From positions 3,410,001 to 3,474,000 of the forward strand of contig CP075497.1 in the NCBI GenBank assembly GCA_021613535.1: a stretch of 64,000 nucleotides of DNA, given 5' to 3'. Under the pieces are notes generated by a model. The model did not search any database. It had not been told where the DNA came from and saw only the letters and a list, made by a program, of their open reading frames with translations. Below, piece after piece: positions 54,087 to 64,000 of this stretch; positions within the stretch are counted from its first letter, which is position 1, and every line of letters starts with the position of its first letter. The position numbers and the translations under genes were made by a program. The DNA is from Adineta vaga (Eukaryota; Animalia; Rotifera).

Positions 54087-55755
54087 CTATGTACCGAAGT
54101 TACAGAAAAAACACATATAAGAAGGAAGTCTATGTCACTGACTATCAATCAAGAATACTATCAAAAGAATTAGAAGGTAATAGATATTGTTCTCTTACTG
54201 CATAGGTCAGTTGACGTCGTCTATCGTTCTATGTTTCCTTTTCTCGTTTTAATCCATTTGATCAACAAGGCCACGCCTAATTGACCAACAAATCATTAGT
54301 TCGTACATGTATATCATCAATTAATTTGTTCTGTACTCTACATATACATATTGACGGAGACGTCGCGTAAGGAATATCACTATTTGTATTTTCTTCTGTC
54401 GTCGTTGTCGTCTCACATTCTTATGTATACATATATATGAACGTCAATTTGATCAAATACTAACTATATCTCATTGTCGACAAAAACGACTTGTTGAAGA
54501 TTAGTAAAGTTTGACTTCTAACTTGCATAAAGCATATATATATATATATATCGATAGGTATACTATAAGTGAAAGTCAATACAAGAAAAAAACCACAAAA
54601 TTCTCTAATTCATTTATCTACATGTAAGACTACATGATCGAACAATGTTCACGGGTGAGAACAGGATCAAGACAATATCATTGGTACTAATCTTTGATAA
54701 TGATTAATCAATTATTGATATTAGAGAATACGTTTATCATTTAATTTCATGTTAAATCATAATGCTATGCACATGACTATTGCTGTAGTCGTGTATTTAA
54801 ATAAAATCACGTTGTTTTTTCTCTTATTAATGAACAGCAGACACTAGACGAAAAACATTGATAATTCGTTAGATTTATGTTTATTTATCTATACAAAAGA
54901 GTATGTCAATAGATGTAACTTAAAGCTATCTGTCTGTTCAATGAATACAAAAGAAGAAAAAAAAATTATACAATGTCAAATATTTATGATCTAGTAATGT
55001 AAGATATACTTAGGAATAGAGAATTGTAATTGTTGTATTGGATTGAATGCTTCAAATGTAATATTCGAAATCAATCGGAAATAACGTGTGAACATTTATA
55101 TGTATTCAAATAGTTCAAATCGGTCAATGTCAAATGTTTTCATACAAATGTGTGAAAATGACACATATTTCCGATTCAATCGAAGTCGTTATGTGCATAC
55201 TGTATGTATACTTTCAATGTTCTTTTAGGATATTATATTGAAACTATTGAAGAAAAAATCGCATACGAAACAATGGTAACTTTCGTTGTCTCAACGACAT
55301 GACAAAAATAATATTCAACTTCAGAAAAAAACTTGACAGTAAATCATTCAATTCATTTGTGTTCTTAAGAATTTAGATTGTAAAAATCTGTATCGGAATG
55401 GAATATATACATTTATAATATTCGTCTTTCACAAGAATAAATTGTAGATATGATAAACATCGGTAATCATCATGAAAGTTCATTCTTTGTGATATATTTG
55501 ACAAGTAATAGGTACTCATAAGTAATAAAATTGTTGATCGATTGATATAAACGCCCTCTACCGGGCACTGCTTATCAAGAAATATATGATCCATCCAACC
55601 TATACCTTTAATACCGTATTGAAATTGTTCTTTGAAACAGAACAAACGAACAAACGAACGAACGAGCAAGGCCATTGACATATTGAAAGAGAGTGGCCTG
55701 AAAAAATGATTACGTACGTTGTCGACTTTAATTTTACTTGTTGACAACATTTTAG

Positions 55756-58700
55756 ATGATTTTTCATCTCACCACTTTACTAACATTGTCTACTCTATCT
55801 CTTGTCTCATCACAAATTCTCGGTAAGTAACGCATATACTTAGCAAACTCGCTCATTGATTTATGCATGTTATGATTGCTTTTTATGATTGTAATTTTTT
55901 TTTCACAATATAAAAAAGAATGTCCGCATGGTTGGCAAGAATTTATTGGCACGGCTTCATGCTATCGATTTGCTCGTTTTCCCAAAGAAAATTATAACGA
56001 TGCTGCTGCTCGCTGTCCGGTTGGTTTCGTTAGGATTCATTTTGTTTCAATTTCTTATGTATTATTCATCTAGACTGATCTTTTGAGTGTTGAATCCCTT
56101 CCCGAACATTTATTCATCCAAGATTGGTTAAATGCAAATGATCCTTCAACACAACGTTGGTTGACAAGTGGAAGACGAAATGGACCTTTTTGGCAATGGG
56201 TGAAAAGAACCGGTATACTAAATCTACAATTTGATCAAGGATGGTTACCAAATACTGCATTAGACCAACAACTACGATCGTTTATCGTTTATGCTTATCA
56301 AAGTAAAATATTCTTGTTCTGCATGTGCTTGTCATTGAAGATCTTCATTGTAATCTTATAGGCAGTCAATGGGGTTGGTTACCTTATGATTTAACATCGA
56401 TAGAACCAGTCCCGTATATTTGTGAAGTACCAATTCGAGAAACTTATGGAATCGTAGATAGTTATCGTGGAATAGGTAATCATTTTCATAACTAAATTCA
56501 TATATTTTGTTGATCTATTGAAAATAATTTAGAATATGGTTTACCATCAAATATTGAACAACGTTTTGTTCCTCGTGCACCAAAATTTTTCGAACAACCA
56601 CAAGATCAAGAATTTGGACGAATTGATCAAATAACTCTAGGTGGTGGAAGTACATTTGGTATTAGTAAATTATCTATATCAATTGTTGTAACACTTACAT
56701 GTCGTGCTGATGCGTATCCTGTTGCTGATTATTAGTATGTCAATGACAAAAAAACAAAACAAAAACGAACAAAAAAACATGCTTTCTTTTTCTAGTTGGT
56801 TTCGTATGACTACGGGCGTCATTTCTGAAGCCGTTTTAGTTAATATAAATGATCCTCGTTATTTTCAACATGGTGGAAATCTATTAGTAAGAATAATTAA
56901 ATTTATTCTCAATGGAAACAAATAAATATACTTTTAGATTAATAATCCAACGAATGAAGATAGTGGAACATATTTTTGTAAAGCAAGTAATTATTTTGGT
57001 ACAGCGATTAGTAATCGTGTTTATTTACGTGAAATAAGTATGTAGAAATCAGATGTTTTATAGATGATTGAAAAAATAAATTTTAATTTAGCTGTTGGTC
57101 AATTTGAAAAACGTGAACGACCAAAAGTTATTGCCGATGGTCATCGTGATGCTATTATTGATTGTTTATATAAGAATACCAATACAGGAAATGTATATAA
57201 AACTGAATTGTTTTGAAAATTGATTATTTATTTGAATTATTCTCATCTTTTCAGCTTAATTATGCTTGGTTTAAAGGTGCAATTAATCAAAAAGTTCAAC
57301 AATCAGCCGAACGATTTATTTCTCGTAATGGAAATTTATATTTCTCACGTGTTACTGATGGTGATTCTGGAAAGTATTATTGTGCTGTTCAAGCTGAAAA
57401 TACACGCCTTCGTTATTTACCATCTCAAACAAGTGAAGGAACAGAATTAGATGTTCGATCAACTTTTGGACAAGAACGTAGTCCACGTATCTTTCCAAAT
57501 TTTCCTCATGTTTTTCCAACAACACATTTACCTCGATTAGGTGAAAATGCTTCGATTGAATGTATTGCTGAAGGTTATCCTGTACCAACGTATCGTTGGT
57601 TTCGTGAAGATGAGTTGGGAAATCTTTTCCCCTTACAATCAAAAGCTATATTAAATAATTTTAATCGTGAATTAATCATTGCCAATTTACAACGTGATGA
57701 TATGGGTTTATATCGTTGTGAAGCATCAAATACACGTTCAGTCGTTTTTGAATCTGTTTCTTTACAAGTTCAAATTGATCCTATTTTCGTTGTTCCACTT
57801 GAAGATCAAATTCTTGATATGGGATCTGTTTTACAATTATATTGTGAAGCATATACAAATGATATCGATCAATTACGTTATTCCTGGTTTATTAATGGAA
57901 CTGAAATCTTTTGGGATCGATTAACTCTCGTACAACAACAGCGATTATCAATAAATAATAATCTTTTAATTATTGCAAATGTTCTACCATTTGATAATGG
58001 TATTTATCAATGTGCAGCAACAAATGCACAAAATAATATTCAACGTTTTAGTCCTGCTGAAGTACGTGTTATTACATTAGCTCCAACATTTGGTAAACAT
58101 ACGATGGTATCAACATTAAGATCAACTGTTGGACGATTAGTTACGATTGTTTGTCATCCCGAAGGTGCACCTCAACCGCAAATACAATGGTATAAAGATA
58201 ATATGCCATTGAATATTGGAACTAATGCACAAATGTTTTCAAATGGAAATTTAGTGATTTCAAACATTCAATTGATGGATGCAGGTAAGAATAAAATTGC
58301 TCGTCTAAATTCAATTTATTAGGTTAGAGATAGACAAGTATTTATGATTCTTTTCGTCAACGTATCAAATCGATTTTTATGACCACATTAAATTTTGAAT
58401 ATGATTATATAAGATGATTTCTTCTTTTTCTCTGACATACGTATATATTTAAGGTAATTATACATGTGTGGCAACAAACATATATGGTATTGCACAACAG
58501 AGTACATATGTTTATGTAATGCCTGAGGGTACAACAATCATCTCGACGCCAGGTGGACGAGATGTTGTACTTAATCAAACAATCATCATACCATGTGATG
58601 CTCGTTCAATGAATCAAATGGATTTAACGTTCTATTGGCGTTTCAATAATGAAATTTTAACGATTGATAATAAACGTTTTCGACAAGATAATCCTGATCG

Positions 58701-60506
58701 TCCTGGTGATTTACGTATTGTACAAGCTCAATATAGTAATGCTGGTCGTTATACATGTGTAGCACAGACAACTGTCGATGAACAAAGTTCATCATATCAA
58801 TTGAATGTCTTTGGACCACCTGGTCCAATAGCGGGAGTACGTTGTAGTCAACCATTTCAACGTCAAGTAACATTATCTTGGGTTGTCGGTAATGAACATG
58901 GTGCATCTATTTTACATTATACAATTGAATCTTTATCGAATCATCGTTCTTGGTGGATATTTCATGGAAATTTTAGTATTCCATTAACAGCATCGAAATT
59001 TATCTCGATGACATTAACTGGTCTATCAGCATTCACAGATTATCGTTTTCGTATCTTAGCAACTAATATGTATGGATCAGGTGAACGATCCGAAATATCA
59101 TCACCTTGTGTTACACAACCCGATGTACCAGGTGCGGCACCAGCTCGATTAGGTGGTGGTGGTGGAAAAATTGGTGATTTACGTATCGTTTGGGATCCGT
59201 TACCAATGGATTTTTGGAATGGACCAAATTTAACCTATCGTATATATGCACAAAAACAAGGAGAAAATCGACAACAGATTTTTACAGTACTTGATCCATT
59301 ACGAAATTTTTTCATCACTCATATGTAAGAATACAGAAATTTCTTCGATGAAGATTCATAATTTTTCTTTATAGAGCTGACAAACTCTATTATTTTCCAT
59401 ATAATGTTCGTATTTCGGCAGTGAATGCTCTTGGTGAAGGTCCCATATCCGGTAATGTAACAATTCGTTCTGCTGAAGATCGTCCAGCAAGACAAGTATT
59501 GAATGTGAAATGTAGTCCATACAACAGTACAGCAATGACCGTTACTTGGGATATGATCGATGAAAATGATTTCGAAGTATTACGTGGTCGTTTACTTGGT
59601 AATCAAATCTTTATAATTGAAATATGATCTTTTTTTGTATGTACAAACTGATTTTCTTTCTGTTCATTTAGGTTATAATGTTCGTTATTGGCGTAAAGAT
59701 CTGGATGAACTTGAAAATTATTGGGAACGTCGTTTTCCAGGTCAACGATCTCGTGCTATTATTATTGGTCTTGAAGCGAATACATTTTATGCTGTACGTG
59801 TATCTGTTTATACACAATTTGGTGATAGTCCTGAAAGCAGTGTATTTTCACATCGAACATTTCGTTTACCACCACTATTACCAGCACAATATATATCAGT
59901 TCGACAACCAAGACGAGTCAAAGATCAACGTGTTCGATTATTTGGTGATGTTTATATGTACAAAATTGAAGTTGAATGGCGTGGAATATTCACATCATCC
60001 GATGAAGAACCATTGGAAGGATATATGGTAAAAACAATGAATTTTATTTTATTGATCGTATTTCGATACCGTTTTGTTTTCTTAGGTTAAAGTTTGGGAA
60101 CATTATCAATCAATTCGTAATGCATCCATTTATTACGTTGATGGATCAAGATATAAAGTGATTATTGATAATTTATATAAAAATCGAAATTATAAATTAC
60201 GTGTACAAGCTTGGTCTCTTGGTGGTGAAGGAAAATATTCATCACCTGAAAAAGAATTTCGATTTGGTAAGTTCATCTTCTAACTTTTGATCGTATTTCT
60301 TATCTTAATTTATTGATCATTTTAGATGATGAAGGACGTCTATTGATTCGTAAGTTAATCTATAATTATCATAGATCTATAATTTTTCTTTCTATTTAGT
60401 CTATAATCCTGATACAAGTCTTCTCTATCATAACAGTGTCTCAAAGCAATATTTATCTTTCTCAATATGGTTTATTTTTCTTAGTTTATATTATTTATAT
60501 CGATAG
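55756..60506 (+). CDS. Cont: Invertebrate-type contactin (signal peptide, C-type lectin, 6 Ig, 4 FN3, GPI-like tail)
   Basis: Signal exon MIFHLTTLL..; CTL CPHGW..CYRF; Ig motifs RFISRNGNLYFS and CIAEGYPVPTYRW; FN3 GGGGGKIGDLRIVWDPLP; hydrophobic C-terminus. Confidence 0.9.
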
Positions 60507-62347
60507 ATCGATGTTCTTATGTTTAAATGTGTTTTTCTCTCTGTTGCAATCAGATCTGCAATGTATATATAAATTACTTCTTTCTCTGGTTTTTCTAATG
60601 CTTTTGTGTGATGATTTTATCATTTTTATTCAAAATATTTCTATTTTAGACTGTTTGTTTCTTCTTGTGATCATTTATTGTATCAAATCTTTCGACATTA
60701 GAGTTGTGCAAATCTTTGTGATTTTTTCATAACGATGCTAGTTATATGTTTGACTATTTTATAAATATAACCATTTGTATTGAACAGTTTTATCACAACT
60801 GTGCTCTCTCTTTTTCTACTATACTATTTGAAAAAATCTTTGTTTTATTTGAAAAAAAAATTTTAATTAAAGATATAAGAAAAAGTCTTTTTATAGATTT
60901 GAACGTTCTTGTCTAGATTTAGACGACTTGTAACATCTTGTTTATTAATGAGAATATAGAAGACGAGTTGAATTTATTAATTTCTTTAGTAGTATGTGGT
61001 ATACTATGTTTTTTTTTTGTAAAAACTATTTCTTACGTAGAAACCCTCCAGGGTTTGAACAAGTTTCAAATCATATTAAAAGATATTAATCTTCCGATAT
61101 CGTACATTAAAATAAAATAGAATTTAATTGTTGACAGGGTGAATATGCCTGGCAATCTTCTTACTTAAACGATGTGATGTAATAAAATATTGAAGTTTGT
61201 TTGAATTGTGACACATCATATAAATTCGACAACGGAACTGACAGACAAACAAGAGAAGAGTGATGATTATATTTTATGTATTATTTATCTAACTAATGTT
61301 ACATACATTTTGTTAGTTGTTCATAAACGTGGTCAATGTTTATAGAAGAGAATGGATTAAAGTGAAGATGATATAGATATACCTGAATTAGATTGAGGCA
61401 GTTGAATTTATTTTATATGTAAATAATATCGAAATTTATTTAGGATGGTTTGACAAATCATACATCATGTTTACAAGAGAATGAGTACGTTCGAAAAACT
61501 ATCCGTTCACTTGATTGAACATCTTTGTGCATAGTGTATGGATTCAAAATTCTTTATTATTCTTGCTTCATCTTTCATATATTTTGTTTAACCTATCAAG
61601 TTTGTCATTATAAATCAAGACGTTCGTAGTTATTTGAAGACAAGTAAAAGATTAATAAGTAAATCATACAATGTTCTCGCTAGTCAATTGAACATGATAA
61701 TCTGAAATAAGTCGTCTGATTCAATCGATGGCATGAAATACAAAAATAGATATTCATCCTTAAGTATTCATTTCGTTATCAATTGTATGGAATAAGTGAT
61801 GCGAACTTTAATACTTCATTTCTTCATCTGAAAAAGAATTATTTTTACAAGATTCAATAAATGTTTGATATCACAAACTATATGTGCGTGCATGATTTTA
61901 GAACCACTTTTCGATACGCTTTTAGTGAAGTTCACCTACACATTCATCACTGATTATAAGTATCCAAGAATAATTTTTTTATTGAAATTTTCAATTAGTT
62001 TCTCTAAAATAAAACATCCTTTTGACTTATTTTGTGTACAAACGTAATTATATTGCTTTTTGTTCTCTCCACTTATTTTTCTGTTTCGACAACAAATGAC
62101 AACTTATTCAACCGATCATGCTCTTTCTCTCTTCACTTACTAACTATAGGAAAATAATAGTCAAAGAAAAAAACTTCTTTGTACTTCACATCATTTCTTA
62201 TTCCCTTCACATCATCATTTATTTCATCAGCAGTTACTTCTCATTTCCCTTCGCTTCCTACCACTCATTCTCTCACTTATTCACGTCTCGGCATTCACCG
62301 TACTCTTTCATCTTTATTCCATCATCAAAAACATTCTTTTCACCCCG

Positions 62348-63184
62348 ATGCTATATTCACATCAAGATACAGGATCTCATCGCTCTTCATATTCATCTTC
62401 ATACCAATATGAACCTCGATCAAATGTTCAACAACGACCATTACATTGGTGTATCATTCTTGTTTCACTTCTTTTCGTTTTTCTTCTTGTCATCGAATCA
62501 GTTGCATTCGTTATTCTTGGTGCATGGCATCTCACAACTCGACATTTTCAAGACATGAACATCACATTTGCAAATCAAGTTCATCAACGTGAACTTACTT
62601 TTGGTATTGTTCTTGTTTTGATTGGATCAATCGGTATTCTCATGAGTATTCTTGGTCTCATGGCTTTCTTCACTCTTCGATTGTTTTTGCTACGAGTTGT
62701 GAGTAGAGTTGGGTGTGGGTGTGTGTATGAATGAATGTTTGTGAATTGTAGTTTGGAATATGCTTGTGGATAATGATGATCGCTGGAATTGCAATTGGTA
62801 TCATTGGCATCATCTTTTCATGTATGCAAGATGAACTAAGAGGAATGTGATATATTTTGTTTGAATATTGTAGCACAAGTGAATGGATATATGCAACAGA
62901 TGAGCAATACAAGTGTGAGTGATAGAAGTGTAAGTAGTGAATAGAACAATGATGATGTATTTGTTTGTTTTATAGTATGCAGAAGAAAAGTTTATGTTAG
63001 GAATGAACGGTGGTTTGGTAATGTTTATGAGTTTGATATTGGTAAGTTATTTGGATGGTGGAGAAGAGATGAAAGATTTGAAATAATTTATTTGATTTGT
63101 TAGATAATAGGAATAGTGATTGTTCGATGTATAACTGGAGATGTGAGTGTCTATGCAAGTGATCGGAAATATGGTGGTACATAA
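62348..63184 (+). CDS. Four-TM tetraspanin-like membrane protein, multi-exon
   Basis: Four hydrophobic segments, including GIVLVLIGSIGILMSILGLMAF, assembled across short introns. The extracellular loop is very short and lacks CCG. Confidence 0.65.
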
Positions 63185-63562
63185 AGAAAAATTCGTATGT
63201 TTATACACGAATAAAAGATAGAAGAGACAAAGTGTAAATACTATTTTTATGGTGAAATATGTTGTTTTGTATATAATAAAAAGTCTAAGGGAAAGACAAA
63301 TGTCTATGACATTAGTAAACCAAGTTACATCATTGTATTTGATGTATACTTGCATATGATAAGGATAAAAATAGATGTGTTGATTATTCAATATAATGTA
63401 CGAGATATTCATCTATAGTAAATGTCAAAGACGTCAACACCTGATGAAACATATAGAGAAGAATGATAACTAAATAAAAAAAGAAGTTTGCTCTTATGGG
63501 AAGTAATATTTTTCTATATAAGTGCACATCTATTTATGTTATACAGTTAGAAATCGAATAAT

Positions 63563-64000
63563 ATGGCTTTAGCATTACTCTTATTCTTATTGATTAGTTT
63601 AAATTTAATCGTTTTGAATGATTCTGCATCATCATTCACCATCATCATCATTTGATATAACATTAAATATTGATGGTATTAACAATCAATTTCGATTTGT
63701 AGAAGCATCGAAATTCACTGAAAATCAGCATATACCTGCAGTGATTATTCTTGATGATGAAAAAAATCCAACTATCTTAAATTCATCTTTTCCACCTTCT
63801 ATTCAAACGTTTCAATTAGATTCTGATGCAAATTCATTTGGTTTTGCTGGTGTAATCAATAATACAACTCCCGAACCAAATCTTTTATATGCTATGATTC
63901 AAACATCGAGTGGATCTGTTTATGATATTGTTCCATCGAAATCATCACAACAAACACGAACAAAACGATCTTTAGTTAATTCTTATATAATTCGAACGAA
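63563..64000 (+). CDS. 5' part of a secreted protein (possible metalloprotease-type prodomain), with an apparent 1-nt frameshift near 63635; truncated by the window end
   Basis: Signal-like MALALLLFLLISLNLIVLN, then an open frame to the window end containing a furin-type site RTKR. Confidence 0.45.

Noticed and set aside
60436-62340. Hydrophobic ORFs after contactin
   Set aside because: They overlap the contactin 3' end/UTR or AT-rich intergenic DNA, and the hydrophobicity reflects T-richness.
1-64000. CRISPR arrays, rRNA, tRNA or prokaryotic defence operons
   Set aside because: The sequence is intron-rich eukaryotic DNA. The only repeats seen are short microsatellites, with no spaced direct repeats.

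Overview
This is an AT-rich, gene-dense eukaryotic (animal) window with many short (~45-60 nt) GT-AG introns. That style resembles bdelloid rotifer genomes, but the taxon is my inference only. About 16 protein-coding genes can be assembled by eye. In order: a FLYWCH zinc-finger protein; a large unknown nuclear-type protein with a triplicated domain; a co-oriented minus-strand cluster NDUFAF7-TKFC/DAK-TRMT6 (only 34 nt between the NDUFAF7 stop and the DAK start); MPLKIP; CFAP43; a low-complexity unknown protein; an intronless anti-lipopolysaccharide-factor (ALF)-like secreted protein; a ~11 kb kinase-less Roco gene; an alpha/beta hydrolase; a CD225/dispanin protein; RPF1; an nAChR alpha subunit; myosin III; contactin; a tetraspanin-like protein; and the frameshifted start of a secreted gene. 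The Roco gene reads LRR / degenerate Roc-COR / MBT / LRR / EF-hand / Roc-COR / TIR x2 / CaaX. I recognised no rRNA, tRNA, CRISPR or intact transposon. The best leads are the Roco architecture, the ALF homolog and the defence-like block it starts (ALF, Roco-TIR, hydrolase, CD225), and the operon/trans-splicing-like NDUFAF7-DAK-TRMT6 cluster. All exon boundaries and domain calls come from manual reading, without alignments or searches.
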